Shown here in pieces: positions 52,068 to 63,657 of a stretch of 64,000 bases of DNA. Position numbers and translations under genes: made by a program. How positions within the stretch are numbered: the stretch's first letter is position 1; every line of letters begins with the position of its first letter. The notes beneath the pieces are model-generated. The model was given only the letters and a program-made list of their open reading frames with translations, did no database searches and was not told the origin of the DNA. The stretch is from Trypanosoma brucei (Eukaryota): contig CH464491.1 of NCBI GenBank assembly GCA_000002445.1, forward strand, positions 704,001 to 768,000, in the 5' to 3' direction.

Positions 52068-53134
52068 CTGTTTTATTATTCTATATTTTTCTTTCCCTTC
52101 TGGGTGTTCACTACTGCTGACGTATACACCCACAAGCAGAGTTGGAAGGGTTAAGTAAGAAAAAGAAAGTAACCGCGATGATGCCTCGAATAAAAAAATT
52201 GAGGGAAACGAAAGCAGTAGAGAAAAAAAAAACAGTTGAAGTCCTTAGCTATTTAGTTGAGGAGGGAGCGGCCCGTGTAAGAAGCCCTGCTAAAAGATGT
52301 TGAAGGAGGAAATGTGGAGAAATTTTTTTTTGTTTATTTAAATCGTAATGTGAATGTAAGTATGAATACTACATTCTGCAAAAAAAAAACGTGAAAAAGT
52401 AAAAAAAGTTCGCTGCCTAAAACGCCATACGCCAGGCGTCGGCACAAAGAAGTAGATGACACCACTGTCAAGAGGGAGAGAAGCGCAGTCATGAGTTTTA
52501 TCACTCACTCGCCATCCAACGCCACTGGCTACTGAAACTCCCCTCCCTCCTTTATTCAGGGCCACCATAAAACAAATAAAAGCGTAGACATGCTTATGCT
52601 ACCACATATCCCCCTGCTTCACCACCTTCTAGTCTTCTGCCACGTTAACCAACGGCCGGACCCCCCTCCCCGCCCGATGCACTAACTGCAAGCTAGGCAA
52701 CGCACAGTAAAGGGTATTAATAATAGAACTCACACAAATAATAGTGAATAACAATAATAATGATAATAATAATAATAAAATAACACAACAGAGAGTGTGT
52801 GGGCTCCAAGAGCTGGGAGTGCTGAGGGAAGTAATCCCCCGCATCCGTCGTACCTGTTGCGCCGTACCCCTCGTAAAGTTAAATGCATAAAGTAAAGCAC
52901 TTCAACTGTTTGTTCCGCTCGCCCCCTGCTCGCCCTGTCCCTTTTCTTGCATTTCCTTCTTTTGGTTCATTACCCTCCCCACAGAAACTTTTTGAACAAT
53001 TGAATGGCGCCCTTTCATCGTTCTAATACCGTTTATTCGTTAAGCTTCATTCGTACATTATGTACCCTTCGCTCCTGTTCATCCCTTCTGAGAGGTCCCC
53101 CATGTCCACCTGAAAAAATGTTTACTCTGCACAA

Positions 53135-55396
53135 CTACTTATCGGCAGTGGGCTCCTCCACATTTTCCACCATGCGCGTCATGATGGTGTTCAGGCGCGA
53201 AACGATGGAACGCGGATCTTCCAGCAAGCCGGCAGCGATAACGGCGTTGTCAAACATCTGCTCAACCAGGAGCCCGGCAGTTTCAACCTCTTCTGAATTG
53301 GGTGAAATGGAAAGGGTATACAACTTACGCACGATGGTGTGCTTTGGGTTGAAATGCATGTTATACTTGGGTGGGGCACCAGCCATCTGGCCAGTGATAC
53401 GGTAAATCTTGCGCATCTGAGCTGATTCATGGTCAGCAATAACAGCAGGACTATCGCGCAGGCGTGTGGTGGATTTGACGACGCCAACGCGTCCCACAAG
53501 ACGCTTGGAAATAAAGTCACTGAGAGCTTTCACCTGCGCCTCAGTGAGTTGTTTCTCAACCTTCACCTCCCCTTTATCGCCCTCGAGTTTAAGCTTGTTT
53601 TGGACGCTACCGTCAAGTGAAGCGTCAAACAGTTCAATGTTTTGCAGTTTATGCTTCGCATACGTGTCAAGGTGCTGCATAACAAAGTCATCAATAGGTT
53701 CTGTGCAGACGAGCACCTCGAGGTCGTGCTCCTTGTACTGTTCGTAGTAGGGAGATTCGAGCGCCATCTCCTTTGAAGGAGCGTTGATGTAATAAATGTG
53801 AGTTTGGTTTGCCACCATGCGGTCGCGGTATTCGTCAAGTGACACGTAGGGGTAGTCGATGTCTGACTTGGTTGTTTCAAACCTCAAAAGCTTCGCCAGC
53901 TCCATCTTGTGAACCTGGTCGGTACAAACTCCCTCCTTCAGGAAAGGACCGTACTCCTTTATAAAACGTTCGTACTTTTGCCTGTCTTGCTTCGCCTCCT
54001 CCTCCATCCAACGGATAACGCGCTTGGTCAGCACCGTTGAGAGCCGGCGCATCATGCTACCATCCTGGGTATGTTCACGTGATACGTTGAGCGGAATAGA
54101 CTCTGTGTCAACCGCACCCTTGATGAAGCGGAGCCACTCGGGCAGAATTCCCTTCGCCTTCGATTGGATGAGTACTCGGCGGCAGTAGAGATTGACACCA
54201 CTTTCCATACGGCCACCACCGTACTTCTCCGTGTGAGACTGAGGCACGTACAAAAGAGCACGAATAGAAAGTGGAGCGTCCACGGCGTAATGCAGGCGGA
54301 ACATCGGACTATCGTACGCACCGGAGATGAATTTGTAGAAATCAATGTGCTCCTCATTTGTGACGGAGTTCTTATCCTTCATCCACAGTGCCTCCACTGT
54401 GTTCACCTTTCCACCGTTGAGTGTAATTTCGTAGGAGACAAAGTTACTGTACCGTTTCAACACGCGCTCACACACCTGCGGTGTGCAAAAGGAGAGCTCC
54501 GTGTCCTTCACATCGAGGACAATTTTCGTGCCCTTGTCAACACCCTCGCACTCCGCAATCTTAAATGTTCCTGTACCATCTGACTCCCACACGTAACCCT
54601 TACTCCCCTTCTTCACGCTCCGGCTGTACACCTTGACATTTCGAGCCACCATGAAGGCAGCGTAGAAACCAACGCCAAACTGACCAATGATCTTTTCGGC
54701 CGCACCACTGCTGCTCTCGCCTTGACTCTGCAACTCACGAACAAATGCCTTTGAGCCCGAGCCAGCAATGGTACCAAGGTTCTCCGCTAGTTCCTCCCGA
54801 GTCATACCAATGCCAGTGTCACGTATGACGAATCGGCTCTTGCTTTGATTGCATGTGATGGAAATAATGGGAGCCTCATCACCTTCCTCGCGTGGGTACT
54901 CTTCCGGTTTGCTCAACTCCATCAGGTGGCGCTTCTCCAGAGCATCGCTTGCATTCGATACGAGTTCACGTATGAACACCTCCTTCTCCGTGTACAAACT
55001 GCAAGCAACAATGTCCAGAAGCTGACGGGTTTCTGTTTTGAAGCCCATCTCTTCCGCACTGCCAACAACTTTCTCGCTGTCCTCGTTTGCCTTTACCCCA
55101 CCGGCGCTGCCTTCATCGGCACTTTCCCCTGCATTGCCCTTTAGATCAGGTACAGGGTCAATAACAATATCTTCATCGGCATTGTCAGCTGCTTCGGGCA
55201 CCTTCTCGCCCGCCTGTGTGGAGCAGAAACGTACTGAGCCTTGCATTGGTCCAATACCGGCATTTCGGTTACCATCGGTTGAAACGGGCGGGCAAATTCC
55301 TCTTAGAGACACCGAAGCGGTAGTCGCGGTACAGCGAGCCACAACGGTAGACGTTAGAGCTTGTCGGTTTACCCTCTGACAAACACGACGCATCAT
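53135..55396 (-). CDS. TRAP1: Mitochondrial HSP90-family chaperone (TRAP1/HSP75)
   Basis: The HSP90 N-terminal ATPase signature reads YTEKEVFIRELVSNASDALEK. There is no charged linker and no C-terminal MEEVD. The N-terminal presequence MMRRVCQRVNRQALTSTVVARC is Arg- and Ser/Thr-rich, as expected for mitochondrial import. ATG start confirmed. Confidence 0.9.
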   Translation of the reverse strand: MMRRVCQRVNRQALTSTVVARCTATTASVSLRGICPPVSTDGNRNAGIGPMQGSVRFCSTQAGEKVPEAADNADEDIVIDPVPDLKGNAGESADEGSAGGVKANEDSEKVVGSAEEMGFKTETRQLLDIVACSLYTEKEVFIRELVSNASDALEKRHLMELSKPEEYPREEGDEAPIISITCNQSKSRFVIRDTGIGMTREELAENLGTIAGSGSKAFVRELQSQGESSSGAAEKIIGQFGVGFYAAFMVARNVKVYSRSVKKGSKGYVWESDGTGTFKIAECEGVDKGTKIVLDVKDTELSFCTPQVCERVLKRYSNFVSYEITLNGGKVNTVEALWMKDKNSVTNEEHIDFYKFISGAYDSPMFRLHYAVDAPLSIRALLYVPQSHTEKYGGGRMESGVNLYCRRVLIQSKAKGILPEWLRFIKGAVDTESIPLNVSREHTQDGSMMRRLSTVLTKRVIRWMEEEAKQDRQKYERFIKEYGPFLKEGVCTDQVHKMELAKLLRFETTKSDIDYPYVSLDEYRDRMVANQTHIYYINAPSKEMALESPYYEQYKEHDLEVLVCTEPIDDFVMQHLDTYAKHKLQNIELFDASLDGSVQNKLKLEGDKGEVKVEKQLTEAQVKALSDFISKRLVGRVGVVKSTTRLRDSPAVIADHESAQMRKIYRITGQMAGAPPKYNMHFNPKHTIVRKLYTLSISPNSEEVETAGLLVEQMFDNAVIAAGLLEDPRSIVSRLNTIMTRMVENVEEPTADK

Positions 55397-56137
55397 CGTT
55401 CTCTTTACCGGGTTGCGAGTCTTCTTCCTTTTTATGCCTTACCTCGTTACTGTCGTATACCTTTTTTTTTTCAACTATTGGGTGAACTCTAACGATCAGA
55501 AGCAGAGTAACGCACTTTAACTGTTAATATGTGATATCACTTTCTCCCCCGCTTTTACTGTTTTCCGGGTTGATTAGCTCGTTTTATTGTTTCTTACCTG
55601 CTGGTTTTTGTTACTTTCAACTACCCGAAGTAAGTATGGGCACCTTCAGTGATCTTGATGTCATTCAAACAAGTTTAAGGAAAGAACACATAAACGAAGC
55701 AAAGAGACCGGTAAAAGTGATGCGAAGTCAGAAAATCGCTGCCCACGGCCGAGCCAAACAATTCAGAGCAAATGAGAAAAGAATTTCCATTCTTTGGCGG
55801 CATTAATACTTTTAACAGCATCAGTGAAGGGGAACCATCGAATAGAGTAAGACAGAAAAAAATTTCTGACCACGGGGTGCAAGCAGCGGCAAAACGAACC
55901 GGTAATAGTGATGGCAGCGGAGGCCCCAAATACGCACAAAGTTAACTCCCTTTTCAGAGGTAACGAAGGCGTGTAGGCAGCATTGCCCAAGGTTACTACA
56001 TGTACTTTTTCCTTCATTTTGTTTCTTATCTCTCCCCTCATCCACTCTTTTCGTATTGCCGCATATTTCCCATCTTCGGTGACTATAGCAGCACAAAGAA
56101 ACAACACCATCTAACGCTCGTCATTAGGACTCCTCTT

Positions 56138-57637
56138 TTAGCGAGATGGTGTGGCTGGCTTTATGATGGGGAAGGCCAGAGGCGGTGGCACTCTAGAAAC
56201 CGGCAGTTGCTCATCAACCATATTCGTAACGTCAGGAAGTAGTGACTGTCTAATGATTTGTGGTGGTGGTTGCTGCTGATAACTTGCTTGACTGAAGGGT
56301 AGTCCAAACTGTTGTTGTGTATGTTGCTGAGCCGAATAGGAAGGCACCGGAGGATCATGTGAAGTTGTTGCACATGATGGGTTTCCCTCCGCTGCAGGTA
56401 TTGTCGCGACCGCTGCCACATCTTCCTGCCATTTGCGTGGTGAGACGGTGTTCATAAACAAACCGGCTGGGTTGGGAAGGGGGGCATGGAGCCCGTTGGG
56501 AATTCCTTCCATGGGAAAGAGTGGTGTGGGAGGCTGTTCATGAACCCCCTCAATCTCCTTAGGGAAAGCGGTACTGTTAGCCGCTGCGTGATATTTTTGC
56601 GGCGGTACGTGAACCCGCGACGGGAATTCAGGCAGCATCTGCGGAGCTTGCATTTCGGTAACAACTGGTGATGTGAATGGTGGTGGTGGTCCGTTCGGAG
56701 ATCCGGTGGCTCCCGGCTTTGGGGGTGCCAATACGGTCGGAGCTGTTTTCCCTATGCGCAACACCCCTCCTGTTGCCAGCACAAATGCGGTCACCGTCGG
56801 AAGGTTGCTACTGCTGTTGACGGAACAGCTGCTGTCATCCCCTGCGCTTGTTGCAGAAATACCTACGGTTCCAGTTACTCGTCCGTTATCAGCCAAACTT
56901 TTGGGTGGGCTGGGAATGAGGTGCAGCAGACCTGTAGCAAGGTTCATTCCTAAAGGAGCATATATATCGTTCCCGAAATCTACCAACACCTCCTTCACCT
57001 CAATGTTCACCGAGTCGTACACAAGAAGGAGTAACTGCCCAGCCGTTTGTAACCCTCTATCTTCCCGTGAGGCGCCAGTGGGTACAAAAGAATTACGTTG
57101 TAACCGCCGGAGTGCCGCAGACTGAGCGGTACGCCAAAGCTCCACCCTTGTATACAGATCATCTTCGTCTTTTATGAGTGCAGTGACGAGTTCATCTGCC
57201 TTCTGAATTCCTATTATATAGTCGCGTCCTTCCTTAATTTCTCCACATTTAGCCACCGGACTCCCGGGGATTACGTCAACAACATGCCAGCAGCGCTCCA
57301 CGCACTTCTCTGCTTGACACCACTCGACGCTGCAGCCTAATAACCCACCACCTCCCCATGTACTGCTTGCGACACAGTGCACATCGCGGTAGTTGTGTAT
57401 GTACAAGTTGTAGACGGTTAAAGTTATAGTTTCATCCCTTCGTCCGGCTACGTAATACTTGAATTTTTCTACCGACTCACCATCTACTTCCATCTGTTTC
57501 CCATCAACGGCAGTGATGATGTCGAAGAAAGGGATTAGTCCTGCGGAGTGGGAGGGGCTGTACGGCAACACACGAACGATTTGCAAACCTTCGATGTCTT
57601 TCAACGGTCGCTTGGCGTCGCTTTTCCCCTGTCCCAT
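56138..57637 (-). CDS. GRASP: Golgi reassembly stacking protein (GRASP)
   Basis: The N-terminus MGQGKS provides the Gly2 myristoylation site. Tandem PDZ-like GRASP domains are present (GLQIVRVLPYSPSHSAGLIPFFDIITAVDGKQME and GLLGCSVEWCQ...VIPGSPVAKCG). The C-terminal half is Pro/Gln-rich and disordered. ATG start confirmed. Confidence 0.8.
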   Translation of the reverse strand: MGQGKSDAKRPLKDIEGLQIVRVLPYSPSHSAGLIPFFDIITAVDGKQMEVDGESVEKFKYYVAGRRDETITLTVYNLYIHNYRDVHCVASSTWGGGGLLGCSVEWCQAEKCVERCWHVVDVIPGSPVAKCGEIKEGRDYIIGIQKADELVTALIKDEDDLYTRVELWRTAQSAALRRLQRNSFVPTGASREDRGLQTAGQLLLLVYDSVNIEVKEVLVDFGNDIYAPLGMNLATGLLHLIPSPPKSLADNGRVTGTVGISATSAGDDSSCSVNSSSNLPTVTAFVLATGGVLRIGKTAPTVLAPPKPGATGSPNGPPPPFTSPVVTEMQAPQMLPEFPSRVHVPPQKYHAAANSTAFPKEIEGVHEQPPTPLFPMEGIPNGLHAPLPNPAGLFMNTVSPRKWQEDVAAVATIPAAEGNPSCATTSHDPPVPSYSAQQHTQQQFGLPFSQASYQQQPPPQIIRQSLLPDVTNMVDEQLPVSRVPPPLAFPIIKPATPSR

Positions 57638-57639
57638 TT

Positions 57640-57720
57640 ACTGCGTCTGTTGTGGTGTTGAAACACCATATAAAAGGAGGGAAAGAAACAGAACGTTAAA
57701 ACATGAATGTAAATATACAT
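57640..57720 (-). promoter_or_regulatory. Polypyrimidine tract upstream of the GRASP gene
   Basis: The + strand is purine-rich (aaacaccatataaaaggagggaaagaaacagaacgttaaaac) directly 5' of the ATG at 57637. Confidence 0.4.
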
Positions 57721-59078
57721 TTATATATTTATGCATAAACGCAGTCAGTGCACATATATGTAAATGGATTGAGGTCAAAGGAATTGAAGCCCACCTCGTA
57801 AGAACATCAATAGTTTAAAGAGGATAGCATCGCAGCTCTCCAAGTAAATCGAAGCAGTACAGCAATCCCTTTTTCTTTTGAGAGTTAATGACCTCAAAGG
57901 GGCTTTAACCGAATAGAGTCGAGGTAATATAGAAAACAATAGCGAGGCACGAAGGGTTGCAATCCGTTTGTCACATAGCATTTTTTAAAGAAGAAAAAAC
58001 TAATAATAATGAAACTGTGAAACTGATGACAAGTCTTTTTTTTTTGTTGCCTCCGCTATCACGGCTCCATCGATCTCCCCTCCTCTTCGCCACTTAATTC
58101 CCACCACCACCAGCGGTCTCCGCCGTTACATTCATTCATGGAATAAATTCCACCAGCACTCGTTTCTGTATCTTACTGCGAAAACAACACGCGCGAAACG
58201 CACAAAAAAGGGAGGTTGCATATATTGCGCACAGGACGCACTCCACACTCACACACAATTCATCCCATCAATTAAACCGGTGCTGGTGGCAAAACAAAGA
58301 AAATGTATTCACAAAGCTTAGCGTTGGGTTACATGCTGTTATAGTCACACTTCAAAAAACTGCAAAGCATTGTTACATGTTCCCTTTTTATGGATCCCCT
58401 TCACGAAACTTATTTAATGCCCATACACATAATACGCTACCTTCAACTTTCTTCACTGTATGGTTTAGTAATGGTACTAACTGTTTCTCAGTCTTCTTTG
58501 CTTTTTTTTTCTGTTTTCGTTACATGTCTGCCATTCCTCCGCTCGCTCTCCTTCAATTACTCGCCTGATCCCTCTTTTATGCATTTTTGTTATCGTTTTT
58601 TCTTATTATTTATTTTTTTTGTGATTCCTTTAATCGGTTTCTCTGCTGTCAGAACTTTGGCGCATATGTTTTTAATTTCTTATTTCCTTCGTTTTCTTTT
58701 TTTGGTTCTGGATTTTCTTTCCACTGAGCTCTCTCCTGAGTAGCCAGTCTAAAAAAAAAAAATACCTTCACTAGGATGAGTACGGAACATAGCGCACACC
58801 CTTCTTCATTATAAATGTAGAAAGTCACGTATAACCCAACAAAAAAAAAGGAGGAAAGGTTCATGTTTATTACCACCACCTACTGGAGGGAATAAATCGA
58901 TAGACAAACAAAAGCAGGTGTACGTGCTTATTTGCGTCCTACAACCTCAGTAAACTCCCATGATTTATCCTTCATGTGCACAATGCGTTTGTGAATGCAA
59001 GGGGAGAGAGAATAAGTAGCAATAATGAAAGAATAATGGGGTAAACAAATCTCCCTACCTCCCGGAATATTGTACTCA

Positions 59079-60716
59079 TTAGGGCTTTGATTGCATCGTC
59101 ATGAAGGGGTTCACAATGACGGGCGCTGGCGGTTCACAAACGTCCGCTGACTCTCCCATTTCAGATATTCCACTAACCTTTCCAAACGGTCGGAATTTCA
59201 TAACATCGTTTGCTGCGTAGTACTTCAGCAACCGAAAAGTCTGCTTTTCAGCTATCTTTTTATCCTTGATTAGTTGCATGATTTCTCCAGCTTGCTCCAG
59301 CTCACGAGTTATCACTGCCTTCCGTCCCTCAACAATACGTCTGAGTTCTGCTTCCATTGGTTCATGATATTCCTTGTACAAGTCGTGAAATTCATCGGAG
59401 GACTCGGCGACTTCCTTCACATAGTTCTCACGGAACTTCTGCATGGCGGCAGCGAGGTGATCCTCGTATACAGGGCACGCATCAATCCAATGGTCCACAG
59501 CTTTCACCTTTGAAGACCGCTTTGCAAAGAGCCTGTTGAGAACCAATTGCCTTACAGTTTGCGCGATATCATCTTTGAGATCATTTTGTATGACAAGTTT
59601 GATGGGTGAAGCGCCGGGGTTTGGCTTGAAACCTTCACGAACGACACGGCTTCCAGACTTGAGAGATTTTGACATCTCCATCAAACGCTTTGTCGACCAC
59701 AGCGCGAAAAGCACTTCATTCGCCTTAAGTGGGGAAACTACCTGCTCGAAATCCCGACCTTGTTGACTATGGCCACTACCAGTACTATTACTAGCGTTTT
59801 TGTTGTTGTTAACGGCAGATCCAAAACCAAAGACATTATTGCTGCTATTACTGCCATTTCCACTGACAGCATTATTGCTGTCCACCACGGGTGCCGCACC
59901 GAATCCAAAGTTGAACCCGCTAGCGGGTGCCACAGCGGTGGATGAACTGCTATTAGCTGTTGGTACTGCCGTACCAAAACCAAAAGCAATCGTCACACCA
60001 CCGCTACCGGTTACATTGGCCCCGCTGTTGCCATTACTTGATGCCTGTGCGTTGCCGAAACCAAAGTCAAATCCACCAGTGGCGACGGGGGCTTTGGAGC
60101 TTTCCCCCGACGAAGCAGTGGCACCGCTGAAACCAAACTGTGCACTTGAGGCGGGATCTCTCTTCTGTAACAAGAATGCGTTAATGTTTGCACCGTCATC
60201 TCTCACTACGCGCTTCCAGTACATATTTTGTCCTTCTATAGGCAAAATGCGCTCTGGTGCATTATCTTCCAAATCACTGAAAGGCAGGTGCTGCTTCACG
60301 ATGTAGTGCGCCGGTGCCAATGTTGGTTGACTGGCTTCTGCAATAACCACGCAGTCGACCGTTACGCCGTCGAGCCCACCTTCAACAAGGAGGTCCTCTT
60401 CACGAATTTGCATGAACCAACGTGGGCTGCTTGCCGTCCTCGCTTCCAGTACAGCACGCAGTTTCGACCAGTCATACGGCCGCTCGCCCACATCGGCTTT
60501 CGTAAAAGTTTTGTGGGCCAGTTTTGTCGACAGCACCTCGCTGATCGTAAGAGGCGGGGCACCCGAGCGGTCATACAACGGATCATTTGCATCCAACCAT
60601 TCCAGCAGTTGTGCCCGCTGGGTTTCAGCTTTCGCAACACGAGCCGCCGCAGCCGCAGCTCCTGCGGCGGTGGATGAACGGGCGGGTGAAGACTTCTTTG
60701 CCTTCCGGTTCACCAT
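59079..60716 (-). CDS. FG-repeat nucleoporin-like protein
   Basis: A central region of about 150 aa contains GFDFGFG, IAFGFGTA, GFNFGFGAA and VFGFGSA repeats separated by Ser/Asn/Gly-rich spacers. It is flanked by a structured N-terminal domain of about 200 aa and a helical C-terminal domain of about 230 aa. ATG start confirmed. Confidence 0.6.
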   Translation of the reverse strand: MVNRKAKKSSPARSSTAAGAAAAAARVAKAETQRAQLLEWLDANDPLYDRSGAPPLTISEVLSTKLAHKTFTKADVGERPYDWSKLRAVLEARTASSPRWFMQIREEDLLVEGGLDGVTVDCVVIAEASQPTLAPAHYIVKQHLPFSDLEDNAPERILPIEGQNMYWKRVVRDDGANINAFLLQKRDPASSAQFGFSGATASSGESSKAPVATGGFDFGFGNAQASSNGNSGANVTGSGGVTIAFGFGTAVPTANSSSSTAVAPASGFNFGFGAAPVVDSNNAVSGNGSNSSNNVFGFGSAVNNNKNASNSTGSGHSQQGRDFEQVVSPLKANEVLFALWSTKRLMEMSKSLKSGSRVVREGFKPNPGASPIKLVIQNDLKDDIAQTVRQLVLNRLFAKRSSKVKAVDHWIDACPVYEDHLAAAMQKFRENYVKEVAESSDEFHDLYKEYHEPMEAELRRIVEGRKAVITRELEQAGEIMQLIKDKKIAEKQTFRLLKYYAANDVMKFRPFGKVSGISEMGESADVCEPPAPVIVNPFMTMQSKP

Positions 60717-61390
60717 ATCTTTCGATGTCTAAAGGTTAAATTCTTTAACCCTTCGTTATCCTTTGCTACTTTCGCTTCACTGCCTTGTCTTCTTTTCCTT
60801 TTTTAATACAGCTTCAAAATAATAATAATAATAACAATGAAACTAACTAATTGATGGCGCTTCCCCTTTCTCTTATGCACTCAGATTTGCAGACTGAGAC
60901 ACGTGGTAGGAAAAAAGTGTAGTGAATGTGATAGAAGGGCGCAGGTGAGTTATAAGGAAGAGATTATGCGGAAGCGATTGTGAATTAACGACAGTAATAA
61001 TAACAGTAAGAGGAACGGAGGGAGTGATAGTAAACAAATTAACAAGATAAGTTATCCGAGACTCCTCTCCACCAGGAACCCTTTACAACAGGAAAGTAAA
61101 GAATTAATCACCGTCCCTTCCCCCCTCCTAGAGGGCTGCACGCTGTAACGTACAAGGCAGTGGCTATATGTTTAAAAAAAAAAACTAATAAGACATTAAC
61201 GATATCAACAGCACAACCTACACAGGTTGCCGAGAAATCACTACTTGTTCCCGGTATAATTTTACTTCGTGTATCGTATGCTTCACTAGTACTGCCATCA
61301 GCTGTCTTTCCAGTACAGTTGGTTAACTGCATTCTTCCCCATATTTATGTTAATTTCCACCTAGTAATTCCCACCACAGTCAACTTCACA

Positions 61391-63487
61391 TTACCCAGCC
61401 AATGCATGCTGACTCAAAAAGTGAAATGCATGCCACATGCGGTCAAGGGTTGAGAGTCGCTGTTGCCTTGTGGACCATACGCTCTCGAGACGGTCAAGAT
61501 CCTCCAAGTATTGTTTTAGGTGATGGTACCGTGGGTAATATTCCATAGCAATACGTCGCATGTGATGCGTCAGTAGGAGGAGCATGCCTTGATCATAATC
61601 ACTCAAATATGTACTGTGGTAGTAACGAGAAGGATTGACTAAAGAAACTTCCTCCAAGTTGGTTGAGACCGGACTCTCATCTCTCCGAAATTCAGGGAGT
61701 TTCAGCTGCACATCTTTGACGTAGTGGTCGCGATAATTGTGGTGGGGGTGCTCGCAGTTGGCCCCTGAAATCTCGCCCATTTCAGGGAATGTAACGAGAT
61801 GGTGGACGGCCCACCAACAAAGTTTCAGGTGCAAAATCACTGGTCTGCGCTTCACCCGCCTGTTCTGAAGTGACAGTTGCAGTATGCCACCAAGGAATGT
61901 GATGACGGGAATCATTGCCATCACTCTGAAGTTAAGGTCATTTTCCTCGAGTATTTCGCCTGTTACGTTTATAACGCGGTTTACCTCAAGCTGCTTGCAG
62001 GCTAGTTGAACAAGTATAAGACGCGGAAGGTTTCCGAATAGAACACTGCGGATAGGTCGTTTGATGGCCGACTCAAAGTCCCGATTAATCGTTAGGTACC
62101 CCTCATCATCAGTCATGACACCCATGCGAAGGCTCTGTAGTGTATCGCGATGTAATTGTTCAAGGTGATTGGCGTCGCTCATGTCTGGTGAGCAATCTTT
62201 ACAGTAGTCGCTTATGATATTGGCTACCGACTTCATTTCTTCCTCAAGTGCGCGGCGCCTCTCCAACACGCCTGGGCGACTGCCTAACAAACTCCTACGA
62301 ACTTCCTGCAGCGGCCACACGACGTAATTTGACACCATCCATCGGAGTGTTGCTCGTGCCGATGAGCACACCTGTAGAAGTTTACGAGCGCCACCGGCAG
62401 CAAGCCACGCTACCGAGGGAATAACAACAAAAATGAAGAAAGCAACTGGGCGCCACCTTCGCCCTCGAGGCGGCATGTGTCCCTTATCAGCTCCCTCCTC
62501 CAGCTTCGAAACATTTAGTTGTAGTGAATACGCTGTCACATAAAACAAATTAAGTACTTCATGCAGTGAAGTCGCACCACCTTCCGGAAATGATTGTGGA
62601 TCCCTCGCAGATCCACCAGATACGTCTTCGGGTGGAACCAAAACGTGCAGCGAACCTTTTAGTTGCCACACTGCCCTTGTCACTGCGGTTCGTACCCGTG
62701 ACAGCACACGTTGCCGCGCCTCTTCGTGTTGTGCGTCAGTTAACACAGGAAACCACGAATCATCATTCCCCACAGCGGCAATGGATGAATTCGCACGATC
62801 GAGTATGTTATGTAGCGTTCCAATACCGCACACAACACTACGCATCATCCGATGCAAAAAAGCTCCATGTGTATTCGCCATCAAAGCTATCTGTAGCATA
62901 TATCTCCCCCAACCTGTGTACAATATACCATAACACTGTTGCCGCAACCACTGCCAACCACTAAGTGATAAGTGAAAAGAAGCCCGTGCCGAGTGTTTCT
63001 CTGCCCAGACCCAGTACTGTGCATATGCAGAAATGCACTCATGAAGAGCAACAAGTCTTTGCATGACAATAACTGTACAGTAGCGTACCCACACACTGAG
63101 TTGCAGCCAAGCGATAAGTTCCCTTTCCGCAATAGCTTGAGGGTCCTTAACATTCTCTTCACCAAAAACCTCCACGAGCGTTGGTGACGCTCCATTTAGA
63201 AACCGCAGCCGGTCCCCCACTGGTGATGTGTTGAGCTCACGCAAAAGTAACACCAAATCTTCCAGTGAACGTAACTGTTTGGCGGGCGCCTCCAATTCAC
63301 TGAGAATTCCCGGTCGTTCAGTTAGCAGTTTCGTTACGGTGGGATTTCGACTAATGTGAAGTAATGCCTCCCGAGAGCGACTTGCCAGTGCCGTGGCAAA
63401 TGAAGAGGGGAAGTTGCGCCGTTTCCTCGCCAGTAGATCAGTTACTGTAAAACTCCATCCCAGTTGGGAGCCATCTTCGCAGAACAT
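61391..63487 (-). CDS. Hypothetical protein of about 698 aa with predicted internal transmembrane segments
   Basis: The track ORF at 61391..63907 runs 140 codons upstream through (CA)n, polypyrimidine and poly-T low-complexity sequence. The first plausible ATG is at 63485..63487 (MFCEDGSQLGWSF). Hydrophobic stretches such as RPVAFFIFVVIPSVAWLAAGGA occur internally. Confidence 0.5.
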   Translation of the reverse strand: MFCEDGSQLGWSFTVTDLLARKRRNFPSSFATALASRSREALLHISRNPTVTKLLTERPGILSELEAPAKQLRSLEDLVLLLRELNTSPVGDRLRFLNGASPTLVEVFGEENVKDPQAIAERELIAWLQLSVWVRYCTVIVMQRLVALHECISAYAQYWVWAEKHSARASFHLSLSGWQWLRQQCYGILYTGWGRYMLQIALMANTHGAFLHRMMRSVVCGIGTLHNILDRANSSIAAVGNDDSWFPVLTDAQHEEARQRVLSRVRTAVTRAVWQLKGSLHVLVPPEDVSGGSARDPQSFPEGGATSLHEVLNLFYVTAYSLQLNVSKLEEGADKGHMPPRGRRWRPVAFFIFVVIPSVAWLAAGGARKLLQVCSSARATLRWMVSNYVVWPLQEVRRSLLGSRPGVLERRRALEEEMKSVANIISDYCKDCSPDMSDANHLEQLHRDTLQSLRMGVMTDDEGYLTINRDFESAIKRPIRSVLFGNLPRLILVQLACKQLEVNRVINVTGEILEENDLNFRVMAMIPVITFLGGILQLSLQNRRVKRRPVILHLKLCWWAVHHLVTFPEMGEISGANCEHPHHNYRDHYVKDVQLKLPEFRRDESPVSTNLEEVSLVNPSRYYHSTYLSDYDQGMLLLLTHHMRRIAMEYYPRYHHLKQYLEDLDRLESVWSTRQQRLSTLDRMWHAFHFLSQHALAG

Positions 63488-63657
63488 ATCGCACGAAACG
63501 GAGGATGAACTGAAAAATAGATAGAGAGAGAGAACGAAAGAGAGAGAGAAAGAAAAAGAGAAGTAAAGGTCACTAAAAAAAAAAAAAAATAGAGCAAGTT
63601 CATAAAACAAACTCAATTGGGTTACGTGCTCATACGCCTTTCCCCCTCCCCCCCCAA

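Noticed and set aside
59800-60306. A 168-aa plus-strand ORF antisense to the FG nucleoporin
   Set aside because: It is generated by the repetitive FG-coding region. Its product is Leu/Pro/Ala-rich low complexity.
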